Source: a virus (Duplodnaviria > Heunggongvirae > Uroviricota > Caudoviricetes). Taken from it: a stretch of DNA of 34,577 bases. The stretch is taken from IMG/VR virus record IMGVR_UViG_3300022871_000009, positions 64,001 to 98,577 of that record; one strand, written 5' to 3'. The position numbers were made by a program, and so were the translations under genes. This document shows, piece by piece, positions 26,691-34,440 of this stretch. Each line of letters opens with the position of its first letter. Positions within the stretch are counted from its first letter, which is position 1. The notes below the pieces were generated by a model. It did no database searches, had not been told where the DNA came from, and was given only the letters and a program-made list of their open reading frames with translations.

Positions 26691-27020
26691 ATGGCAACAT
26701 CAGCAGAACAAGAACTACTAGATGCAATCATGCGTCTAAGAAAAATGGCTACAGAGAGAGCAAAAGGAAGTATATTCCGCCGCTTGGCCAATAGAAACAA
26801 CTACTTCTGGGACTTCATGACTGGTCTACTAATAGAACGATACGAATCAGATGGAGAACGAGAAAAACGCATAGCCAACAGTGAACGTGTCAAACAACTC
26901 TACCATAGCAGAAAGAAGAAAGGATTCTGTACTAAATGCGGTGACGCTGTAGCACAGGTACACAGAAATGGTAAGCCACATATATACTGCGAAGACTGTA
27001 AAAGTAGAGACCACAAATAA
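26691..27020 (+). CDS. Hypothetical protein with C-terminal Zn finger
   Basis: CTKCG...CEDC. Confidence 0.75.
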   Translation: MATSAEQELLDAIMRLRKMATERAKGSIFRRLANRNNYFWDFMTGLLIERYESDGEREKRIANSERVKQLYHSRKKKGFCTKCGDAVAQVHRNGKPHIYCEDCKSRDHK

Positions 27021-27080
27021 AATAGAAAGAGAAAGAAATAGAGTTAATAATTATATAGTTATTCCCCTATACATTAGGGG

Positions 27081-27107
27081 AGCCACTCTCCCACTTTATT
27101 CATCAAC
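27081..27107 (+). repeat. Early-region leader motif, copy 3
   Basis: AGCCACTCTCCCACTTTATTCATCAAC preceded by the CCCCTA/TAGGGG hairpin, followed by TTAAAACTATATG. Confidence 0.85.
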
Positions 27108-27117
27108 TTAAAACTAT

Positions 27118-27726
27118 ATGCACACATTAGCCATACTGCTAACCAAAGCAACCACTAAAGACGAAGCCAAAACAAACATAAACTCATTCATGGAAGAATA
27201 TGGAGACGGACAAGTTTGGGACTGGTTCGTAATAGGAGGAAGATGGAGCGGACAACTCAACAAAAACAACCAGAAGTTTAAAGACACAGTCAGAGAAAGA
27301 AATGTATTCGAAGACAACGACATGATATCAGTCAAAGATGTAGAAGATAACCAAGAAGTACTCCAAGGAATATGGGAAGAACTAGGAGAATTTAGCAAGC
27401 ACCCATACAACAGAGATAGCTACGACAACAGAGGGAATGACGAAGACATAATGCACGCAACCAAGTGCGAAGAGATAATAAAAAGACACACAAGAGACAT
27501 AGAGAAATCAATAGAATCCAAATGGCAAGAGATACTCAGCGCCAGGCGCAGAGCCAAAGACAAAGAAATGCACGACTCAAGTGGTTATCTTGCAAGAGAG
27601 TATGCAGACCTAGTAGGTGACGACTTCTCATTTGAGAGTACAACCTTCGATGTAGACGCATACACAAACAATCCACCTAAAGATTTAACTAACTACTACG
27701 CAGTAGTAGTAGACATGCATAATTAG
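27118..27726 (+). CDS. Conserved phage hypothetical protein (WDWFxIGGRW motif)
   Basis: 202 aa; VWDWFVIGGRWSG and C-terminal YAVVVDMHN, a pattern recurring in phage proteins of unknown function. Confidence 0.75.
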   Translation: MHTLAILLTKATTKDEAKTNINSFMEEYGDGQVWDWFVIGGRWSGQLNKNNQKFKDTVRERNVFEDNDMISVKDVEDNQEVLQGIWEELGEFSKHPYNRDSYDNRGNDEDIMHATKCEEIIKRHTRDIEKSIESKWQEILSARRRAKDKEMHDSSGYLAREYADLVGDDFSFESTTFDVDAYTNNPPKDLTNYYAVVVDMHN

Positions 27727-27731
27727 AATAT

Positions 27732-27926
27732 ATGAAAGTAAAACAACTCATAGAACAACTAAAGAAGTCAGACCCAGAAGCAACCATATACATGTCTACA
27801 GATGAAGAAGGTAATGGATTCCATGGAGTAGAAGAAGTAGCCACAATGGATGGTTACACAGGAGCTAAAAAGAATGGGAAGACTCACCTACTCATCTGGC
27901 CTGACAATGAATATCATGACTTCTAA
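27732..27926 (+). CDS. Small phage hypothetical protein
   Basis: MKVKQLIEQLKKSDPEATIYMSTDEEGNGF. Confidence 0.75.
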   Translation: MKVKQLIEQLKKSDPEATIYMSTDEEGNGFHGVEEVATMDGYTGAKKNGKTHLLIWPDNEYHDF

Positions 27927-27944
27927 TACCCTATAGGTTAGGCA

Positions 27945-27971
27945 AGCCACTCTACCACTTTATTCACCAAC
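27945..27971 (+). repeat. Early-region leader motif, copy 4
   Basis: AGCCACTCTACCACTTTATTCACCAAC, 25/27 identical to copy 3, preceded by the CCTA/TAGG hairpin. Confidence 0.85.
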
Positions 27972-27980
27972 TTAAACTAT

Positions 27981-28151
27981 ATGAACGAAGAAACAAAAAT
28001 ATGCCCAATCTGCAAAAAACCAAACAAAGGAATAGGTGCTCTATCAAGAAAAGACAACAAAACAGAAATATGTTCAGAGTGTGGTACTAGAGAAGCACTA
28101 CAGAACTATTACGCACACACCAAAGAATTATCAATTAAAAATAAAAAGTAA
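27981..28151 (+). CDS. Small Zn-ribbon protein (56 aa)
   Basis: Manual translation MNEETKICPICKKPNKGIGALSRKDNKTEICSECGTREALQNYYAHTKELSIKNKK. Confidence 0.75.
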   Translation: MNEETKICPICKKPNKGIGALSRKDNKTEICSECGTREALQNYYAHTKELSIKNKK

Positions 28152-28203
28152 GACCAGTTTGAGAGCACCCCCAAGCAAGTGAGACCAGTTTGAGAGCACC
28201 CCC
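28151..28203 (+). repeat. 22-bp direct repeat x2 (31-bp period)
   Basis: AGACCAGTTTGAGAGCACCCCC at 28151-28172 and 28182-28203. Confidence 0.9.
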
Positions 28204-28253
28204 TGTTCTCATAATTAATCAATCATCTCGAAAGAGAACTATAAAACAAATCT

Positions 28254-28385
28254 ATGGACATCATTCCAAGCACACCAATAGAACATCTCCTCATAGGTAT
28301 TCTACTCGTAGAGAAGACAATCTTCTGGATTATACTCATCCTATCAGCCATCATCATCCCACATAAACTCAGTAGAAGTAAATAG
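28254..28385 (+). CDS. Small membrane protein (43 aa)
   Basis: MDIIPSTPIEHLLIGILLVEKTIFWIILILSAIIIPHKLSRSK. Confidence 0.5.
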   Translation: MDIIPSTPIEHLLIGILLVEKTIFWIILILSAIIIPHKLSRSK

Positions 28386-28570
28386 TCAATGAAAGTAGAC
28401 AACAAAGACAAAAATATTTAAAAACTACATCTTTGCTTTACATTTTGTTCATCTAGGGTTTTATAAAACTCTGGTAACCTATTTAACTTATGGCCAACAC
28501 AGGAGAATACATAGACATCCACCTAAGATTAGAAAATGAAGAAGACCTAGAATAATTAAACAAAAAGCCT

Positions 28571-28732
28571 ATGAAATGTCCGCAATGTGGCCATGAAGCA
28601 AGCACATACCTCGAAGATGGTCGATACTTCGTAATGTGTATAGCTTGTGGCCTCCATACACTCCTCAAATTAATTCATCAATACAAATCTAACTATGGAA
28701 ATACAAATACCCAAGAACAGCAAGTTAGATAA
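28571..28732 (+). CDS. Small Zn-ribbon (Lar-like CPxCG...CxxCG) protein
   Basis: Manual translation MKCPQCGHEASTYLEDGRYFVMCIACGLHTLLKLIHQYKSNYGNTNTQEQQVR; runs through motif copy 5 and overlaps the next start. Confidence 0.5.
   Translation: MKCPQCGHEASTYLEDGRYFVMCIACGLHTLLKLIHQYKSNYGNTNTQEQQVR
28659..28681 (+). repeat. Early-region leader motif, copy 5
   Basis: CACTCCTCAAATTAATTCATCAA, 22/23 identical to the copy 2 core. Confidence 0.75.
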
Positions 28733-29462
28733 GTGGCCCAGCGAAGAGAGACTACAAACAGATATAAATGAACAAGAAGAAAGTTACAAAGACCACTTAA
28801 CACTACGCTTTGATGACCTATCACTAAAAGGTCAACGAAAATTATGTCACATATTCAAGATGCACTCTCCACTATGGTCACTCAAAAAACCAGACGAATA
28901 CGGTGGCATAACTTTAAAAGAAATGTACCACGCACTGCGCATAAGCAATCCAGTTATATTCAACAACTGGCAAAAAGGATTCTGTTATGGAAGTCTACCG
29001 AGAAACCAGGCAGAAAGAATCAGCCAAATTATCTACTACTTATGCAGACGTAAACCAACAAGGAAAGCAATCGCATTCGTCAAAGAAAAAACAAAAACTT
29101 ACCCAACACACATTAGAACACAATGGGGAAGCAGACCAGACAGACAAACAGGAATAGAATCTTTAAATCAAATAAGAAGAAGAATATTGGAACTCAGCCA
29201 AATAGGAGTAGACATAGACCCAGCAAGCTACACTCCAATATTCACAGAAGAACCAATAGTAGAACAACCACCGATAGCAACCACATTGTCTGACGGCAGC
29301 TCCAGACCACTAACAGAAGAAGATGTACAAGAAGCATACGATAGATTAACCGCACAACGAACTACAGAACAATATTGGAACGAAGCAGCAGCAATGATGG
29401 ACACAAGTACCCTAGACGAAGGAGAAGAGCCCGAAGAAATAGACACATCAACCATTAACTAA
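28695..29462 (+). CDS. Hypothetical protein, acidic C-terminus
   Basis: 255 aa, region-typical codon use. Confidence 0.75.
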   Translation: MEIQIPKNSKLDKWPSEERLQTDINEQEESYKDHLTLRFDDLSLKGQRKLCHIFKMHSPLWSLKKPDEYGGITLKEMYHALRISNPVIFNNWQKGFCYGSLPRNQAERISQIIYYLCRRKPTRKAIAFVKEKTKTYPTHIRTQWGSRPDRQTGIESLNQIRRRILELSQIGVDIDPASYTPIFTEEPIVEQPPIATTLSDGSSRPLTEEDVQEAYDRLTAQRTTEQYWNEAAAMMDTSTLDEGEEPEEIDTSTIN

Positions 29463-29479
29463 TTTTAATTCACAAACAT

Positions 29480-29899
29480 ATGCCCTACAAATGTAAACAC
29501 TGCGACGCAGTAGTAAAATACCTATGCTACAGAACAGGAGGATACGAATACGGTTCATGTAGCCCAGAAGGAGACGACTGGGAAGAAGAAGGACATGAAT
29601 GCGACGGAGACACAACATTCGAATGTCCAGAATGCGAATATGAAGACTCAAACGAAAGAAACATAGTAGAAGAAGTAGATGATGAAGATGAAGATGAAGA
29701 AGAAGAAATCAAACCCATAGACATCATGGCTCCAATCAAACCTCCAAAGATAAAAAACAACCCAATGATGAATGAATTCAGAAACAAAAGAAACTCAATG
29801 TCAAATGTAAAAGAATGCCCAAAATGTAAAACGATAATAGACGTTGACTATGAAGAAACAGCAATAGAATGCCCCATATGTAACACTACTGTAAATTAA
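29480..29899 (+). CDS. Multi Zn-ribbon protein with acidic linker
   Basis: CKHC...CPEC, poly-D/E linker, CPKC...CPIC. Confidence 0.75.
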   Translation: MPYKCKHCDAVVKYLCYRTGGYEYGSCSPEGDDWEEEGHECDGDTTFECPECEYEDSNERNIVEEVDDEDEDEEEEIKPIDIMAPIKPPKIKNNPMMNEFRNKRNSMSNVKECPKCKTIIDVDYEETAIECPICNTTVN

Positions 29900-29940
29900 T
29901 AAAACTCTAATCTTTTTATTCACATAAATATATAAACCAT

Positions 29941-31461
29941 ATGGTAAAGAAAACCATAAAAGAGTTCCCGTTCACAATGGGCGCAGACCCAGAGTTCAAC
30001 ATAGTCATGCAAGACAAGCAAATCAACGCACAAAACTTCTTCAAAGACATCTTCGATAAAGATAAAACACGAAAAGACATGGGATACGAAATTGGAAAAG
30101 AAGGTTCAATCGGTTGGGACGGAGCATCACACACAGCAGAAGCAAGACCAGCTCCAGCTAACACAGCAGCAAAATTAACAGAAAACCTCGGAGCAATATT
30201 CAAAGAAACAGCAAAACATGCACAATTATTTGAACTATCAACATTATCAAATGCAGCCCCAGTAGGAGGACATATTCACTTCTTACTTCCAGACAATTCA
30301 ACTGATTCAACATCAGTAAAGAAAATACACAAACAACTCAGCTCATTTTACATTCCACTTCTTCTAGGAGAAGATGCCCTAAATTTAAGAATCAGAAAAA
30401 ACAACGGCTACGGAGAAATAACAGACCACAGAACACAAGAAATCAGAGGAGACAAATACACATTCGAATTTAGAGTACCATCAGCAGAATGGTTAACCAC
30501 ACCAAGAATAACTCTAAGCACAATAGCTTACCTAGGAACAGTATACAACGAAATACTGAACCACCCAGAAAACATGAAACTAGTAAAAGAGATTCTAATC
30601 ACAAGCAACAAACAAGCCGAAGCACTACAGTCTCTCTCAATGTCTAGCTTCGTATTCCTAACTCAAGCACTCATACAAAAAATCAAGAAACACATCAAAC
30701 AATTTGAATTCTACCCACAATACAAAGAAGAAATAGACTTCATATTAAATCCTAAGAAAGTACTAAAAGAAAAACAAAAGGTAGACTTCAACATCCTAAA
30801 AGGCTGGAATCTGTATGATGTAATCAAATTCAACAAAACAGAATTCCTAAATAGAAAGAACGTAGAAAAATTCGGCAAAAAAGTAGATTTAGACAAATAC
30901 AAAGGAGGAATTCCAGTCAAATACAATGATGACGACTATGTAAGCAACTTTGTAAGAGACTTAGAACACAGAACACTCACCTTCAACATGAAGCTGAAAA
31001 ACAAATACTTTGTATTCGGTCTAAGAAAGGGAATTACTAAAATAATCGCCACCAACAAAAACCATAAATACGTAAGAGGTGCCGAATTAATCAAATCTGA
31101 TTATGAACATGAAATAATAATGACCCAAGTATTCGAAAGAATGAACCAAAGATTCTACACAACAAACTCAGGGAACCATCGCCCCAAAGATGAAGACGAC
31201 GGAAGAAAACATATCATCATAGGACTACCATACGAAATGAGGTTATCTCAGGACTCAGAAGAATTCTTAAAATTCATCTACGACCTAGAAAAACAACCTA
31301 AAAAATACCCTGAAGTAATACCAGAACGCAACAGTCAAGTAGACTCAAACTCAGAAGTGTACAGAGCATACAAAACAGACACAGAAACAACAACCAGACC
31401 AATAGAAGCAACTGACGCAACAAGACAAGCACAGCAGGAAATAGACGAAGAGTCACTTTAA
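29941..31461 (+). CDS. phiEco32-like COOH-NH2 ligase type 2 (glutamine synthetase/GCS-fold amidoligase)
   Basis: FTMGADPEF, IGWDG, EARPAP, GGHIHF, FEFRVPS motifs. Confidence 0.8.
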   Translation: MVKKTIKEFPFTMGADPEFNIVMQDKQINAQNFFKDIFDKDKTRKDMGYEIGKEGSIGWDGASHTAEARPAPANTAAKLTENLGAIFKETAKHAQLFELSTLSNAAPVGGHIHFLLPDNSTDSTSVKKIHKQLSSFYIPLLLGEDALNLRIRKNNGYGEITDHRTQEIRGDKYTFEFRVPSAEWLTTPRITLSTIAYLGTVYNEILNHPENMKLVKEILITSNKQAEALQSLSMSSFVFLTQALIQKIKKHIKQFEFYPQYKEEIDFILNPKKVLKEKQKVDFNILKGWNLYDVIKFNKTEFLNRKNVEKFGKKVDLDKYKGGIPVKYNDDDYVSNFVRDLEHRTLTFNMKLKNKYFVFGLRKGITKIIATNKNHKYVRGAELIKSDYEHEIIMTQVFERMNQRFYTTNSGNHRPKDEDDGRKHIIIGLPYEMRLSQDSEEFLKFIYDLEKQPKKYPEVIPERNSQVDSNSEVYRAYKTDTETTTRPIEATDATRQAQQEIDEESL

Positions 31462-31498
31462 ACCAGACCAATTTATTCAAATATTAAACTAAAAACTT

Positions 31499-32692
31499 AT
31501 GTGTGGAATAGTAGCAGCCTTCAATCATGGAGAAAACAAAGAACCAGTCAACGAAGACATAACAAACCAACTAGAAGACCAACTAAACAGAGGAAAAGAA
31601 GGATTCGGAATAGCTTTTCTCAATCAACACAAAAACGTTTGCATAGAACGTTCAACAGAACTAGTCAAAACAATCGTTGACCTTAAACTCAACAAAAGCA
31701 GAATGATTCTCTTACATCATAGATATCCAACAAGCTCAGAAAACAAAGTAAGCCAGACTCATCCAATCCTAGTTTCAGATGGAAGTCTAGAATACAACTA
31801 CCTAGTAGTACACAACGGAGTCATACACAACGAAGACGACCTAAAAGAAGAACATGAAAACGAACTAGGATTCGTATACAAGACAAAAAGAATCAAAGAC
31901 AAAGGATATACAACAGAAAAAGAAGAATACAATGATTCAGAATCACTAGCAATAGAAGCAGCAAGATTCATAGAAAAACAATCAAACAAAATAAAAGCAG
32001 AAGGCTCCGCTGCATTTATTGCTATACAAATCGACAAAAAGACGAACAAAGCAAAAAACTTATTCTTCGCCAGAAACAGTTCTAACCCTCTAAACATGTC
32101 AAAAACAAGAGGTAAACTAAGACTAAGTTCAGAAGGAGAAGGAGACCCAATTAAAGAAGACACACTATACAGCTGTAATCTAATAGACTTCAAACTCACC
32201 AAACGAGCATGTATAATAGACACCTGGAAAGTAACTCCAAAATCATACACACCAGTAAGCCCATACCCAGAGTGGTCAAAACCAGGAGCAATCAGCAAAG
32301 CCAATGAAGCGAACAAAGAAGAACTAGCAAACAGATATATAACAACAGGAAAAGAAGAAGAAAAAGAAGAAGAAGAAGAAGAAGAAACAATACAAGATAT
32401 GGCACAAGACCAAATGAACGAAATACAAGAAAAAACAGAGCAAGAATGCACAAATCTCATGACAGAATGTATAAACTCAATGGTAGACGACTTATTCGAC
32501 GAACAAGAAATAAAATCAGAAAGACAAATCAAAAGACAATACATAAATGAAGTGATAGACGAAATAGAAGAAAAATTAATTAAAGTATATGAATCTCTTG
32601 GAGAAGCAGCAGCAGAAATAGTACTAAAAGCAGAAATAGAAAAAGAGAACATACAATCAATTGAAGAATATGAAGAATCTCTATCCACATAA
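31499..32692 (+). CDS. Class II (Ntn) glutamine amidotransferase with acidic C-terminal extension
   Basis: N-terminal MCGIV (nucleophile Cys2), RG.EGFG, HHRYPT, THP, HNGVI, DSE. Confidence 0.88.
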   Translation: MCGIVAAFNHGENKEPVNEDITNQLEDQLNRGKEGFGIAFLNQHKNVCIERSTELVKTIVDLKLNKSRMILLHHRYPTSSENKVSQTHPILVSDGSLEYNYLVVHNGVIHNEDDLKEEHENELGFVYKTKRIKDKGYTTEKEEYNDSESLAIEAARFIEKQSNKIKAEGSAAFIAIQIDKKTNKAKNLFFARNSSNPLNMSKTRGKLRLSSEGEGDPIKEDTLYSCNLIDFKLTKRACIIDTWKVTPKSYTPVSPYPEWSKPGAISKANEANKEELANRYITTGKEEEKEEEEEEETIQDMAQDQMNEIQEKTEQECTNLMTECINSMVDDLFDEQEIKSERQIKRQYINEVIDEIEEKLIKVYESLGEAAAEIVLKAEIEKENIQSIEEYEESLST

Positions 32693-33101
32693 AGAAGAAA
32701 TACTCAAAGGAATCTTCACGCCAAAAGAAAACCTAACAAAAACTATACAGACCTGGCAAAAAGAATTCTGGAAAGAAAGTAAAAAAAAGGGCGAAGAAGA
32801 AAGGTTCTTCGCCCTAAAGGGCTTGATACAACAATTAGCAACACTACACGATAATCCTGTTAAAGTAGAATATCGTCCTTCCTTAGCTTCGTGTTGCTAT
32901 GTACCGACTATAAAAACTATATTTTTGAACAATTCACTTTCCATCATTTCTAGTTTACATGAACTTAGTCATCATTTAGCAGGTAGTTCTGAGCTCACTG
33001 CTTGCATTTGGTCGATTAGCCTGTTCAAAGCCGCATTCCCAAAGGCTTACAACAAACTAGAATGGAAAGGACATTTATTAATCAGAGGCAAAGCCTCATA
33101 A
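32670..33101 (+). CDS. HEXXH zinc metallopeptidase-like protein
   Basis: SIISSLHELSHHL preceded by CCYVPTIKTIFL; ATG 32670 overlaps the GATase stop. Confidence 0.65.
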   Translation: MKNLYPHKEEILKGIFTPKENLTKTIQTWQKEFWKESKKKGEEERFFALKGLIQQLATLHDNPVKVEYRPSLASCCYVPTIKTIFLNNSLSIISSLHELSHHLAGSSELTACIWSISLFKAAFPKAYNKLEWKGHLLIRGKAS

Positions 33102-33112
33102 ACACAACGCAT

Positions 33113-33556
33113 ATGCCGAACACACCAGAAGCACAAGGGCCATCAATCCTACGAGACAAAGTACAGGGTTTTAGAGACAAAGCAAGAGAAACATTACGCA
33201 TGGAAAAAGTAGCAGCTTTACTACAAGATTACTTCCACGCAGAACGAGTCCTTAAAACAGTTACAAAAGATGCAGAGGAACATGCAGAAATGATTGAAAT
33301 AATGAAATACGAAGCAACAAAATTAGATGACAAACATCCAGCATATAAAGAAAAACTAGAGAGAGCAGAAACTACAATTAAAAATGAAGAAAAACGTACA
33401 GAAAAATATGCAGAAAGCATCGAAAAATGTCAAAAATCTCTCACAGATATTGACACACAAATCGCAGAAGTAGAACAAGGAAAATACTTAGTAAGCATCG
33501 ACAATGTAGAAAGCCTTACAAGAAAGTTGATTGAAAGAGATATGTACACAAGCTAG
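33113..33556 (+). CDS. Coiled-coil hypothetical protein
   Basis: ATG 33113 within track ORF 33062-33556; heptad-rich. Confidence 0.7.
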   Translation: MPNTPEAQGPSILRDKVQGFRDKARETLRMEKVAALLQDYFHAERVLKTVTKDAEEHAEMIEIMKYEATKLDDKHPAYKEKLERAETTIKNEEKRTEKYAESIEKCQKSLTDIDTQIAEVEQGKYLVSIDNVESLTRKLIERDMYTS

Positions 33557-33564
33557 AAATAATC

Positions 33565-33687
33565 GGGGTTAGGCTGGAGTATACAGTAGACCTAAACCAA
33601 AAAAGACTTGCTGAATAACACGCCAAACACCACACAAAAAGTCGTATATTTGGCTTATCTTATCACTGACCTCCACTCCAGCCCCCC
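33565..33687 (+). ncRNA. Structured RNA candidate
   Basis: GGGG-TTA-GGCTGGAGT pairs with ACTCCAGCC-CCCC; sits between the last early gene and the terminator. Confidence 0.35.
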
Positions 33688-33712
33688 ATTTTATTACAAT
33701 TTAATAGAGCTC

Positions 33713-33750
33713 ATAAAAAGCCCGCATCCAAAAGATGTGGGCTTTTTTAT
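33713..33750. terminator. Bidirectional intrinsic terminator at the convergence of the two arms
   Basis: ATAAAAAGCCCGCATC-CAAAA-GATGTGGGCTTTTTTAT. Confidence 0.85.
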
Positions 33751-33773
33751 TGTAGACCTGGCAGCCGCAACCC

Positions 33774-33833
33774 TAATTTGAGTCGAGGGTTTTTTATTTT
33801 TGTCAGACCGTCTTAATTTGAGTCGAGGGTTTT
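33774..33833 (+). repeat. 20-bp direct repeat x2 (40-bp period)
   Basis: TAATTTGAGTCGAGGGTTTT at 33774-33793 and 33814-33833. Confidence 0.9.
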
Positions 33834-34083
33834 GAGTTTACGCAAAAGTAGCGCAAACAAAAACCAGCTTCAAAAGCTGGCATTGAGCCTCACCGGACCG
33901 AAACGGATTCAACTAATTACCTAGGTTAATAGAGAATCATTTAATCCAGAGGAGCGAATTATAGAAAACGCCACTACCCAATGAAAAGTCTAATTAATTA
34001 TTGCGACTTTTCTCAGATTTTTTGTTAGAAACTAACAGAAGCGCAAGCCTATACACACACAATACCATAAGTCCGCAACAAAA

Positions 34084-34155
34084 GCAAGAGGGTCGGGGTC
34101 GAACCAACTACCTTCTGCTTTTCAAGCAGACACTCTACCGTTGAGTTACCTTGGC
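34084..34155 (-). tRNA. tRNA-Phe(GAA)-like element with a disrupted acceptor stem (possible pseudo-tRNA)
   Basis: D arm ACUC/GAGU, anticodon arm UCUGC-UUGAAAA-GCAGA, T arm GUUGG-UUCGACC-CCGAC; acceptor GCCAAGG vs CCUCUUG pairs at only 3 of 7 positions; no encoded CCA. Confidence 0.6.
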
Positions 34156-34422
34156 TCTAACTCTCATCCTTTGATAACAGTTTTGTGTTTTTGTGTTACA
34201 ACTTATTTTATTTAAAAACCCTGCCAAGTCGCGCCTCTTCTGACAAGAGGTGCACTCAACACTATGAATCTTTCTAATGTGCCAATTGTCCATCTCATAC
34301 CAACCAGCAATACAATCTACACTCCAATTACCTGATGCTTGCCAATTTTTACTACACGTCTTACATTTAAACTTCCAACAATTTTCTGTTTTTATTGCTG
34401 AATATCTTTCTGGGTTTTGCAT
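34135..34422 (-). CDS. Zn-finger-like hypothetical protein
   Basis: CKTC...H...CTSC; last codons overlap the tRNA-like 5' end. Confidence 0.65.
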   Translation of the reverse strand: MQNPERYSAIKTENCWKFKCKTCSKNWQASGNWSVDCIAGWYEMDNWHIRKIHSVECTSCQKRRDLAGFLNKISCNTKTQNCYQRMRVRAKVTQR

Positions 34423-34440
34423 AAATTATTATTAAAGAAT

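Noticed and set aside
28151-28203. Possible mini CRISPR array
   Set aside because: Only two repeats, 9-bp spacer, no palindromic repeat and no cas genes
28389-28555. Micro-ORFs MKVDNKDKNI and MANTGEYIDIHLRLENEEDLE
   Set aside because: Too short to support without expression or homology data
26330-28681. Leader motif copies as a CRISPR array or integron attC sites
   Set aside because: Spacing is gene-sized and irregular, there is no attC inverted-repeat core, and no integrase is in the window
31798-32688. 296-aa minus-strand ORF and similar antisense ORFs (21358-22122, 8674-8964, 29527-29787)
   Set aside because: Ser/Phe/Ile-rich antisense shadows of well-supported genes, caused by the strand composition bias
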